DNA of 29,525 nucleotides from Elusimicrobiota bacterium (GTDB lineage Bacteria; Elusimicrobiota; Elusimicrobia; UBA1565): NCBI GenBank assembly GCA_035536155.1, contig DATLOS010000404.1, positions 1 to 29,525 of the forward strand, read 5' to 3'. Shown piece by piece: positions 9,059 to 17,171 of this stretch (position 1 is its first letter; each line of letters starts with the position of its first letter). The notes under the pieces were generated by a model. It saw only the letters and a program-made list of their open reading frames with translations, ran no database searches and was not told where the DNA came from. The position numbers and the translations under genes were made by a program.

Positions 9059-9601
9059 ATGGATAGCAAGGCAATCGTCGTTCCTGGGTGGCCGGATCCG
9101 GCCAAGATGAGGTTGGCTGTCGATCGGCTGACTCTGCCCGGGCCAGACGGGAAGCTCAGGCTCCGTGACAGCGTCAGCCCTTCGCTGGCGTGCAGTGTGC
9201 TGATCGCGGTATGTGTGCCGGCCCCGGGGAAGCCTAGCTGGGCGCCCCATGTGGAGCTCGCTGAACAAATGAAGGTGTTGGAAGAACGGTCGCGCCGGAT
9301 GTCGGTCGCTTCGACGGGCTGGCACATCACGGAACCGGACGTTGCGCCTCAACAGGCGCACTGCTCTCCCGAGCAGGAGAAGAACGTGGCGCGCCTGGTC
9401 GCGGCGCGTGCCGCGACACGTGCAGCCACGGCGAACCTGGTTCAATGCGCCAAGAGGTTGGCTGATATAATCGACGACAACAAGAAAGCGTTTCTCGACA
9501 TGGCGATGGTCGAGCTAGAAGGGTTTGTGCGGCAATCCCTCGGCATTCCGGACGATTTCGACTTTCCTGAGGATCCCGATACCCCGGAAGATGCCGAATG
9601 A
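9059..9601 (+). CDS. Hypothetical protein, family C copy 2 (180 aa, acidic tail)
   Basis: Paralogy to 4972 and 10163. GAATTGAA at 9033-9040 and T6 at 9613-9618. Confidence 0.7.
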   Translation: MDSKAIVVPGWPDPAKMRLAVDRLTLPGPDGKLRLRDSVSPSLACSVLIAVCVPAPGKPSWAPHVELAEQMKVLEERSRRMSVASTGWHITEPDVAPQQAHCSPEQEKNVARLVAARAATRAATANLVQCAKRLADIIDDNKKAFLDMAMVELEGFVRQSLGIPDDFDFPEDPDTPEDAE

Positions 9602-9783
9602 ACGATGTCCGGTTTTTTGCGTGCCGCCGCCCGGATGCGGGACTCCTAGACCCAGGACGCGCGGCGAGATGCCCTCTCGTGGCGCAAATTGATGCTAAAC
9701 AGCCTGGCGACCCTCGTGTGTTGCGGCCAGCCGTTGTCCGAGAGATCCGTTCGGAGACACCGAGCTTGGAGCTCTGTGCGAGC

Positions 9784-10143
9784 ATGGCGTGCATACCGCG
9801 CGTCGGGGCCCGCCAGTGCACCGGCTGCGGCCGGACGGGTCCGATCCGCGAGCGCTGGGTGACCCGCGGAGCGAGATTGGAGTTATGTTCGGTATGCGCC
9901 GTGGCTCTCATCGATCCGCTTCGGGTTGCGGTTCCGGTGGGGAGCGGGTGCTACGAGTGCGGCAGGGGCTCTCTCATACCGGACTCCGTCGGCCGTGTGC
10001 AGCTTTCCATGGAACATAGCGAACACAAGATAATCCTGCTCACCTGTGGGCAGAAGTGCGGGCAGAGATTGGCGACGCGAGCCGCCCCTGCGCTTACAGC
10101 GGCGCGCCTCCGCCGGCACGGGCGTGCCCCTCCGCACAAATGA
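9784..10143 (+). CDS. Small 8-Cys Zn-finger protein (119 aa; start uncertain)
   Basis: CTGC, CSVC, CYEC and CGQKC, with spacing like the N-terminal module of 4382-4909. Confidence 0.55.
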   Translation: MACIPRVGARQCTGCGRTGPIRERWVTRGARLELCSVCAVALIDPLRVAVPVGSGCYECGRGSLIPDSVGRVQLSMEHSEHKIILLTCGQKCGQRLATRAAPALTAARLRRHGRAPPHK

Positions 10144-10162
10144 AGCCCGCTGTGCCGGACAA

Positions 10163-10555
10163 ATGGACACCAAACTTTCCGTAGTCCCCGGTGTGCCCAA
10201 CCCGGCCGCGATAAAAAAGGCCATTTCCTCTGTGGCTTCGCCCGGGCCGCAGGGCCTCCTCCAGCTTCACGACGGTATTGATATCAAAGTGGTCTGCCAG
10301 CGTCTGACAACGGCATGCGAGCCGGTGCCAGGGCGCCCCACGAGCCCCGTGGCGATGCTACTGGCCAAGACTTCGTCTCTTATGCAGGGCATGCTTTACC
10401 AGCTTTGCGTCTGCGTCTATGCGCCGCTCGAGCCACCCGTGGTCGGACCGCGCGCGGATGCGGCTCGCCTCGAAGGAGTCACGCAGGTAGTGCGCCATAT
10501 CGCGACAGCCACCGACATCCTTGAAGGGCTAGTTGAGAGATGCGCCCGCATATGA
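10163..10555 (+). CDS. Hypothetical protein, family C copy 3 (130 aa)
   Basis: MDTKLSVVPGVPNPA aligns with MDSKAIVVPGWPDPA of copy 2. AAATGAAG upstream and T5 at 10620-10624. Confidence 0.7.
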   Translation: MDTKLSVVPGVPNPAAIKKAISSVASPGPQGLLQLHDGIDIKVVCQRLTTACEPVPGRPTSPVAMLLAKTSSLMQGMLYQLCVCVYAPLEPPVVGPRADAARLEGVTQVVRHIATATDILEGLVERCARI

Positions 10556-10720
10556 ACAGAGACTCTCACGAATGAGCCCTCAACCCGACATGGACCCTCA
10601 CAACCGAATGGTCGGCTTGTTTTTGGGCAAATCGAGCCTATCCTCCGTCCCTATCACGTCGATCCTCTGGCCTTCTGGCCAGCTCTGGTCCTCGCATATC
10701 AGAAAAGGCGGCGACAGTAT

Positions 10721-11782
10721 ATGGACCGGTGGGCGGCCATTGCACTCGTAGTGCTGGTTTGTGTCCTGGCCGCTGTCCTGGCGATGCGGGCCCTGCACGG
10801 TGCTGCTCCGGATACAAGGACGGTGCGCGGTGGCGGAGCGGCCAGGGACAGCTCGGCCGAGGTCCTCTTGGGTGCGGTGGAGCGCGCCTTGCAGTTCGCG
10901 GGGCCGAGCCCTATTGCGCCGCGGGGAGGCGCGGCGCGCCGGGCGCGCGTTTCCCGCGCAGGGACAAGCCCGGTGGGCTGCCAAGCACGTGCGAGTGCCG
11001 AGACATGGACAGATCTCGCAGCCGATCCGGCCGCCTGGGCAGATCATATGGCCGACTGCGAGGCGATATGGAAGGCTCAGCTTGACTGGAGCGCGGTCCA
11101 CGTGGCCCTCCGCCCGAAGATCGCCGAGGGTCTGTACGAGTACGGCGGTCTGATCGACTGCGAGCCGGGGCCCGGGCCCTGGCGGCTGAAGATCATTCGG
11201 CTCGAGCACGGCACTCGAGCGCCGCCGGGCGGGACTCCGGGGTCGCCGCCCGAGAGCACCTATGCGGCTCGGCCCGCCCTGTTCATCTTCCTTTGCGTCC
11301 CTGATCTGCCAGGGTACCAACCGAAGCCGATGCCGTCCGCTTCCCGCTTCGCCTCGTCCATCGTCGACACGCTCGCTGCTGGCTTTGCGGCAAGAGTGGT
11401 TCTCTCGAGCTGCGGCGCCGTGATCTACGGCCCGGACACACACTTCCGAAAGTTCATCCTCGGGCCGGACTGGGCTCTCCGGCCGACACCGGAACAGACT
11501 TACGCGATCCTGGGCCACGCCCTCGACACCTTCGCCGCGGTCAGCGCGACCGCGAGCCGCGCGGAGATGAGCGTGAGCGAGTTCACAGAGTATATGCGCG
11601 GCTTCCTGGTGCGGTTGGATTTCGACCCCAGTCGGACGGGCGATCCTCTGGTCTGCTGGGGGGGACCGGCGAACGAGGTGAGTGCGCGGGGGGCGAGCGG
11701 AGCCGCAGCGCATGAAATCTACCGGAACCTCTCCCTGGCGGTCGACCGGGCGGAGGCGCGGGCTTTCGGGCCGGTGGGATAA
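10721..11782 (+). CDS. F317L: F317L-like protein, copy 2, JAMM motif degenerate (353 aa)
   Basis: Full-length alignment to 7178-8278, with HTH replaced by LCV and PSAMD by PSASR. TM anchor and TATATG start. Confidence 0.8.
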   Translation: MDRWAAIALVVLVCVLAAVLAMRALHGAAPDTRTVRGGGAARDSSAEVLLGAVERALQFAGPSPIAPRGGAARRARVSRAGTSPVGCQARASAETWTDLAADPAAWADHMADCEAIWKAQLDWSAVHVALRPKIAEGLYEYGGLIDCEPGPGPWRLKIIRLEHGTRAPPGGTPGSPPESTYAARPALFIFLCVPDLPGYQPKPMPSASRFASSIVDTLAAGFAARVVLSSCGAVIYGPDTHFRKFILGPDWALRPTPEQTYAILGHALDTFAAVSATASRAEMSVSEFTEYMRGFLVRLDFDPSRTGDPLVCWGGPANEVSARGASGAAAHEIYRNLSLAVDRAEARAFGPVG

Positions 11783-11875
11783 TGGATGAGGCCCGGATCG
11801 AGGGCCTTTGGCGCGCCGAGACTGTTTTTGGTCCCGGGCTGCGGCGGCATGATAGAGCCTGGCACCACCATCGCC

Positions 11876-11884
11876 AAAATTGAA
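11876..11884 (+). promoter_or_regulatory. AAAATTGAA early-promoter-like element for 11910
   Basis: Exact AAAATTGA (the mimivirus-type early motif) 25 nt before the ATG, conserved in the two paralogous leaders. Confidence 0.75.
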
Positions 11885-11909
11885 GATCGCATGAGGCGCA
11901 TATTCTGAG

Positions 11910-12473
11910 ATGACTGACGAACGAAAAAAGACAAGTCCCGGACCTTCTCCGATGATGGGGACAGAGGGTTGCCTCAAGCCGACCCCGCCGACTGTACGTC
12001 CTTCTCCCGATGCGAAAATCGGGAGCACCAGCGAGCTTGCGGCAGAATTCGCGGCAATTGCCGCTATGTTGGAGCCGCTGAAAGGGCCAGTTCCGGCCGA
12101 AGAGGATGGGACCACGTGGCGCAGGAGGGTTATGTCGAAGGCCAAGCCGCGCTTGCAGGCGCTAATCAAGATGACGGATACGCATCCCTCGGCACCTGAA
12201 CCACTGCAGAGTGCCTTCTTGATGAGCCGATACAGCGCGATGAACATCGCCGCTAGTATGACGAACTGGCGATCGTATTCCACGCCCGGCCTGGATTGCT
12301 TCGATCTCTTGTGCGAGGAGCCTGACACGACCGCTCACCTGGTGAAATATGGCGACCAGCCAGGCGTGGCGGCTGCCGTGGCTACCTATGCCGAGTGGCG
12401 CGCGACGATGGCCGAGCTCGGCGCGGCCGCGCTGGCATTCATTGTGGAATCGCGAGCAGAGCTGGCGCGTTAA
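11910..12473 (+). CDS. Hypothetical protein, family B copy 1 (187 aa)
   Basis: Tandem paralog sharing EPLQSAFL..RY, C.EPD..AHL.K.G.QPGV and ESR. AAAATTGAA upstream and T5 downstream. Confidence 0.8.
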   Translation: MTDERKKTSPGPSPMMGTEGCLKPTPPTVRPSPDAKIGSTSELAAEFAAIAAMLEPLKGPVPAEEDGTTWRRRVMSKAKPRLQALIKMTDTHPSAPEPLQSAFLMSRYSAMNIAASMTNWRSYSTPGLDCFDLLCEEPDTTAHLVKYGDQPGVAAAVATYAEWRATMAELGAAALAFIVESRAELAR

Positions 12474-12604
12474 GCGAAACAGACGCTGCCGTGAGACAAA
12501 ACCGGTCCGTGACCGCTGTTTTTGGACGCCCGCCGAGTATCGGCTGGAGAGTGACCCTTGCGGCCCCATGCATTTGCTGGCGCTCTCGCCCGCGCTCCGG
12601 GACC

Positions 12605-12612
12605 AAATTGAA
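12605..12612 (+). promoter_or_regulatory. AAATTGAA early-promoter-like element for 12638
   Basis: Same motif and spacing as 11876 and 13328. Confidence 0.7.
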
Positions 12613-12637
12613 GACCGAGTGCGGCGCTTATTCTGGA

Positions 12638-13234
12638 ATGGCAGACGAACATAAAACGATGATTCCTGAACCTATTCCAGCAACGGGCAAAGGGGTCGCC
12701 TCCGCCGACCCTCCGGCCGTGCGTTCCTCTCCTGGCACAAAAACCGAGAGTGCCGATGAATTCGCCACCGAGTTCGCTGCAGTCACTGCCCCGCTGGAAG
12801 AGCTAAAAGGCCCGGTTCCCGCTGACATGGATGAGATCATATGGCGTTGGCGTGTTATGTCGAATGTTTTACCGCGCCTGCGTTGGTTGGTCAAGATGGT
12901 GGATGTACGCCCAGCCGCGCTCGAACCGTTGCAGAGTGCCTTCTTGCTGAACCGATACGACGCAATGTATGTTGCTGCTGGTAGGGCGGGCTGGAGATCG
13001 GTCACTTGTATTAAACCCAAACTGACCGATTTCGATCTCATGTGCGAGGAGCCTGATATAAAGGCCCATCTGGTGAAATATGGTTGCCAGCCAGGCGTGG
13101 TGGCCACCCTGATTGCCTATGCTGAGTGGCGCGCGCCGATCGCCGAGCTCGGCGCATCCGCATTGGCATTCCTCGCGGAATCGCGAGCAGAGTTCGTGCG
13201 CAAATACGGGGAACAGTCCTCATCGCGAGGTTGA
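12638..13234 (+). CDS. Hypothetical protein, family B copy 2 (198 aa)
   Basis: Paralogy; start set by the conserved AAATTGAAGACCGAG...TATTCTG..ATG leader. Confidence 0.8.
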   Translation: MADEHKTMIPEPIPATGKGVASADPPAVRSSPGTKTESADEFATEFAAVTAPLEELKGPVPADMDEIIWRWRVMSNVLPRLRWLVKMVDVRPAALEPLQSAFLLNRYDAMYVAAGRAGWRSVTCIKPKLTDFDLMCEEPDIKAHLVKYGCQPGVVATLIAYAEWRAPIAELGASALAFLAESRAEFVRKYGEQSSSRG

Positions 13235-13327
13235 TCGACCGGGGGTCATTTTTTGGGTCTGGCTGGTTACCGGCCGCGTCGCCACAATCGAGCCGGTACC
13301 TCATGTATGGCAGCTCGTTCTGGGACG

Positions 13328-13335
13328 AAATTGAA
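13328..13335 (+). promoter_or_regulatory. AAATTGAA early-promoter-like element for 13361
   Basis: Same motif and spacing as 11876 and 12605. Confidence 0.7.
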
Positions 13336-13360
13336 GACCGAGCGCGGCTCTTATTCTGAT

Positions 13361-13930
13361 ATGACCGACGAGCTGAAAACGGCAAGCCTTGGACACAACC
13401 TGATAACGGGTGACAAAGGGGCTGTCTCGGCCGATCTTCCAACCGCGCGCCCCTCTCCCGATATAAAAACCGAGAGCACCAACGAGCTCGCTGTTGAATT
13501 CGCGGCCGTCGCTGCTCTGCTGGAACCACTAAAAGGGCCAGCTCCGAGCGGTGAAGTGACGTTCATATGGTGCCACAAGGTCTTGATGAATGGTCTGCCA
13601 CGCCTGCGCGCACTGATTAGGATGGCGGATACGCACCCCTCCGCGCCTGAACCGTTGCAGAGCGCCTTCCTGCTGAACCGATACAGCGCGATATATGTCG
13701 CTGCTTGTATGGCGGGCTGGACGTCGTGGTCCAAGCCACCCAAATGGAGCTATTTCACTCCCATGTGTGGGGAGCCCGATGTAAAAGCCCATCTGGCAAA
13801 ACATGGTAACCAACCAGGCGTAGCGGCTGCCGTGGTTGCCTACACTAAGTGGTATGCGACGGTGGCCAATCTTGGCATGCCCTCGCTGGAATTCCTCTCG
13901 GAATCGCGAAGAGCGTTGGAGAGTATGTAA
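13361..13930 (+). CDS. Hypothetical protein, family B copy 3 (189 aa)
   Basis: Paralogy; same conserved leader; T5 at 13972-13976. Confidence 0.8.
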   Translation: MTDELKTASLGHNLITGDKGAVSADLPTARPSPDIKTESTNELAVEFAAVAALLEPLKGPAPSGEVTFIWCHKVLMNGLPRLRALIRMADTHPSAPEPLQSAFLLNRYSAIYVAACMAGWTSWSKPPKWSYFTPMCGEPDVKAHLAKHGNQPGVAAAVVAYTKWYATVANLGMPSLEFLSESRRALESM

Positions 13931-14044
13931 CTGCCCGCCCTCATTATACCGCAAACAACGCGCAACCACTGTTTTTGGGCCCATCCGAGCATCGACAGAC
14001 GAGTGGCCTATGCGGCTGGTGCGGAAAGAAAGCTGAGCTAACAT

Positions 14045-15196
14045 ATGGCGCTGGAAGAAGTCGCCGCGGCTGCTGTGGCCATCCTGGTCTGCGTCCTCGC
14101 GGCGTTCACCGCGGTGTGCGGTCCTCGGCGACCCGCGGTCCGGCACGAGCGAGAAACCCTCGGCGGATCGCGCCTCCGAGGTGCGATCGGGGGTGCGCTG
14201 ACGCGAACACGCGCCCTGAGTGGGGGCCCGCATGCCCATTCCGCCGGAGCGCGCTCGCCCGCGCCGCGGAATACTGGGGATGCCCCGATGTGCAGCCGGG
14301 CGCGCGAGAACGTTCCGACGTGGACGGCCCTCGCGGCCGACCCGGAGGCCTGGGCGAAACACATGGCGGACTGCGAAGCGGTATGGGGCGGGGTCCCGCT
14401 CGACTGGAGCGCAGTCACCGCCGAACTCGGCCCCAAGATCAAGGAAGGATTGTACACGTACGGGGGCTTGATCGACTGCGAACCCGGCCCCGGTCCGGCG
14501 TGGCGAATGAAGATAATCCAGTGCGAGCGCGGCGCGGGGATGGAGCCGCACGGCGATGGGATGTCCGCGGGCCTTCCTCCGCTCGAGCTCTACGCTGGTC
14601 GACCGGCCCTCTTCATCTTCGAGTGCCGTCCGGGCCCGAAAGGGCGCGGTTGGCGGCCGCGGCTGTTACCGCAGGCCACCGACCTGGCGGCGTCCGTGAT
14701 CGACACGCTCACCCGCGGATATGCCGCGAACGTGATCTTCTCGGAATATGGGTCGGTGCTCTACGGGCCTGATGCCGCGTTCTGCTCGCGCTTTCTCGGG
14801 CCGAAATGGGCGCTCAATCCGACGCCGGAACAGACGTATCAGATCATGGCGCACGCGCATGATGTCCTGGCGGCCGTCAGCGCGACCGCGAGCCGGGACC
14901 GAATGCAGCTGGAGGATATGAAGAAGCTGGTGCAGCCGTTTCTGATGCAACTCGAGGTGAAGTTCCGGTCGGCGAGCAGCGCGGCTCCCTGCAAGCACGA
15001 TAGGATGAACGAGCCGAGCTCTCACGCCTTGAGCCCGGATGATCGCGGCCCGAGCGCTCGCGAGATACGCGAGGCACTCAGGGACCTCGCACAGTCCGTC
15101 GACCAAGCCGAAAAAGAAGCTTTCCCCGCTCGGGGCAGCCGCGACGAAGCGACGGATGGTGCGGGCGCGCAGCTCATAGCTCGAGCCCAGCAATAA
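14045..15196 (+). CDS. F317L: F317L-like protein, copy 3, JAMM motif degenerate (383 aa)
   Basis: Aligns to copies 1 and 2. E replaced by T (YTYGG), HTH by ECR and PSAMD by PQATD. TM anchor and CATATG start. Confidence 0.8.
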   Translation: MALEEVAAAAVAILVCVLAAFTAVCGPRRPAVRHERETLGGSRLRGAIGGALTRTRALSGGPHAHSAGARSPAPRNTGDAPMCSRARENVPTWTALAADPEAWAKHMADCEAVWGGVPLDWSAVTAELGPKIKEGLYTYGGLIDCEPGPGPAWRMKIIQCERGAGMEPHGDGMSAGLPPLELYAGRPALFIFECRPGPKGRGWRPRLLPQATDLAASVIDTLTRGYAANVIFSEYGSVLYGPDAAFCSRFLGPKWALNPTPEQTYQIMAHAHDVLAAVSATASRDRMQLEDMKKLVQPFLMQLEVKFRSASSAAPCKHDRMNEPSSHALSPDDRGPSAREIREALRDLAQSVDQAEKEAFPARGSRDEATDGAGAQLIARAQQ

Positions 15197-15333
15197 AACC
15201 GTCGACCGCCTCACGCGCGACCGCTAACCAATCGCCGCAGCGCCGTGCGACCGCGAAGTGCTCGTGCGCCACACAGCAAACCCTTTTTGCACTCCGAGCG
15301 GTGAATCTCAAGCTCACCGCCGATCCGAAGGCC

Positions 15334-15341
15334 AAATTGAA
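15334..15341 (+). promoter_or_regulatory. AAATTGAA early-promoter-like element for 15366
   Basis: 24 nt before the ATG of an unrelated gene. Confidence 0.7.
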
Positions 15342-15365
15342 CCAGAAGATGCGGGACATTAACCG

Positions 15366-16661
15366 ATGGAGTTCAAATCCGTTTCCGAGTACAACCAGTA
15401 TTTGGTCGCTTCGGCAATACGTGTCCCGGCACTCAAGTATCTGCAAGAATGCATCCGCATCGAAGGTGGTCTTGATGCGGGGTTCGTTTCCAAGCTTCAT
15501 GAGCTGGTTTCTCGCACTGACTGTTGCGTGCCGCATGACCTTCTCGTGGAGTTTGGCGTACTCGCCAAGAATAACGCGAGCGCGCACACGAGAGAGCTGC
15601 TAACACAGCACGGCTTCACGGAAGGCGTTGAGTTCATGCTCTCGGAATTCCGAGAGCATCGAGGTCCGCGCGTCGGAGTAGTCAAGCGCTACCTACTCAA
15701 GCCACGGGCGTTCAAGATAATCCTCATGAGGTCGCGACAACGGCCCATTTACGCACAGTACTATGTACGGCTCGAAGAGGCTCTGGTGCACTACAATGAA
15801 TACCAGCTTGCTCTCGAGCGCGAATATATTGTCAACTTCCGTAAGCGTCATGAAGATATCGTACAAGAGAAGGATATTAGAATCGACGGGCTCGAGCAAA
15901 GCGCTAAAGCTAAGGATGATAAAATAGATCGCCTCGAGGATCTTGTCCGTAGTCTTGGATCCAGGCTCGATGTCGACCGCAAAGAGATCAAAGCCGATAT
16001 CAAGGAGGTCAAGGAACAGAACATCGTGCTGCAGACGCAGAACATCGTGTTACAGACACAGAATATTGGTTTAGCGAATACTCTCGGCGAGGTGCGAACC
16101 CAGAACATTGGCCTGGCCGTGGCTCTCGGCGAGGTGAAGGCCCAGGTCACAGAGGTGGCCGAAGAGGTCCGTGGCGTCGCCGACCGCCTTGACGAGGCCG
16201 CGCTGGTCGCGGCGCCCGCGCCGCAGAACCGCCTCGCGGCTGAGAACCTGATGATTATCAGGCTCAACTCCGGCGGCGCGTACGACCACCAGGTGATCCG
16301 CCGCCAGACCTCCTCGCTCAACAGCTGGGTCGCGCGGACCCGCAAGAAGCATCCCCGCATGCGGGTCCTCCTCGACGTGCCGGGCGTCCCCAACGCCCGC
16401 TCGCTGTGGCTGCGCATCCGCGAGCGGCTCGCCGGCCGGCTGGAGATCCAGCCGGGCAGCCCTTCGCACTTCCGGCCCGCGAACGGCCTGACAGACGCGG
16501 ATCTCGTCGCGCGGGCCCGCGAGGTGATCGAGGCGCCCGTGCGCGAGTTCGGCGCCGCCGCGGCGGCCGCCAAGACCCGGGTCCAGTCCATCGTGGAGAC
16601 CGTCACGCACCAGGTCTTCGCGACCCTCACGCCCGAGGACTACGAGCTCCTGGGGATCTGA
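15366..16661 (+). CDS. MSV199-domain / coiled-coil / DUF3627-like protein (KilA-N-related viral family, 431 aa)
   Basis: YLLKPRAFKIILMR...YAQYYVRLEEALVHYNEYQ is MSV199-type. Central heptads. C-terminal VIRRQ...PNARSLW.RIRERL is DUF3627-type. AAATTGAA upstream. Confidence 0.8.
   Translation: MEFKSVSEYNQYLVASAIRVPALKYLQECIRIEGGLDAGFVSKLHELVSRTDCCVPHDLLVEFGVLAKNNASAHTRELLTQHGFTEGVEFMLSEFREHRGPRVGVVKRYLLKPRAFKIILMRSRQRPIYAQYYVRLEEALVHYNEYQLALEREYIVNFRKRHEDIVQEKDIRIDGLEQSAKAKDDKIDRLEDLVRSLGSRLDVDRKEIKADIKEVKEQNIVLQTQNIVLQTQNIGLANTLGEVRTQNIGLAVALGEVKAQVTEVAEEVRGVADRLDEAALVAAPAPQNRLAAENLMIIRLNSGGAYDHQVIRRQTSSLNSWVARTRKKHPRMRVLLDVPGVPNARSLWLRIRERLAGRLEIQPGSPSHFRPANGLTDADLVARAREVIEAPVREFGAAAAAAKTRVQSIVETVTHQVFATLTPEDYELLGI
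16017..16142 (+). repeat. In-frame tandem repeats: 2 x 21 nt (QNIVLQT) then 2 x 42 nt (QNIGLA..LGEV..)
   Basis: cagaacatcgtgctgcagacg / cagaacatcgtgttacagaca, then cagaatattggtttagcgaatactctcggcgaggtgcgaacc / cagaacattggcctggccgtggctctcggcgaggtgaaggcc. Confidence 0.85.
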
Positions 16662-16668
16662 CGCGCCG

Positions 16669-16717
16669 AAAAAGCGCGACGGCCTCACGCGGGCGGCGCC
16701 GGGAGGCCTCGTTTTTT
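16669..16717. terminator. Bidirectional terminator-like element (A5 - GC hairpin - T6) between convergent genes
   Basis: A5 at 16669-16673, stem ggcctc (16681-16686) / gaggcc (16703-16708), T6 at 16712-16717. Confidence 0.55.
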
Positions 16718-17071
16718 GGCGCCGGTCTGCGAGCCGATATCCGGAATCCCGAGGCTCGTACGCTTGGGCGCCGATAAGGCGGACATCAAGCTATTGATAG
16801 TCGCCAGGGCTGTCACGCAGCCGACACGGAGCTCTTCCCAGTCGATGCTCCACGCGAATTGCCGTATCCTATTGATCTCCGCTGCGACCTCGATTGTCTG
16901 GCACTGTGCTTCCCGCGGAAGCATCTTCCGTTCCTTCCAGAACTCGTCGAACGCGCGGAATCTCATACGCGTCAACTGTTGTTCCTCGGCTTTGGCCAAG
17001 CCCACCTCTCGTTGCTTATCGGCCAAGAGGCGGGCGAGTATGGCCGGCATTACATCTGTGTTGCGTGACAT
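16685..17071 (-). CDS. Hypothetical helical protein (128 aa)
   Basis: Fills the gap between two plus-strand genes. CAACTGAA about 30 nt upstream and minus-strand T5 at 16669-16673. No recognisable domain. Confidence 0.55.
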   Translation of the reverse strand: MSRNTDVMPAILARLLADKQREVGLAKAEEQQLTRMRFRAFDEFWKERKMLPREAQCQTIEVAAEINRIRQFAWSIDWEELRVGCVTALATINSLMSALSAPKRTSLGIPDIGSQTGAKKRGLPAPPA

Positions 17072-17171
17072 CTTTATGAGGTCTTTGTCCGTCCTATGGG
17101 ATTCAGTTGTGGTCCGCCGCGCGCTGGTGGGCGGAGAGTCTGTTCGAATTGAAGCCGGTCTGGCCCGGATA

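Noticed and set aside
9684-9691. AAATTGA inside the 9598 ORF as the promoter of the Zn-finger gene
   Set aside because: It lies about 95 nt from ATG 9784, outside the usual 15-30 nt spacing, and the nearer ATG opens only a short frame. The start remains uncertain.
11910-13930. RIP- or methylation-driven C-to-T decay as the cause of lower GC in the paralogs
   Set aside because: Transitions are visible but CpG remains abundant and all ORFs are intact. This cannot be separated from ordinary drift without counting substitutions.
11876-13976. Repeated units as a CRISPR array or transposon
   Set aside because: The units are about 0.72-kb diverged protein-coding duplications, with no short identical repeats and spacers, transposase, TIRs or target-site duplications.
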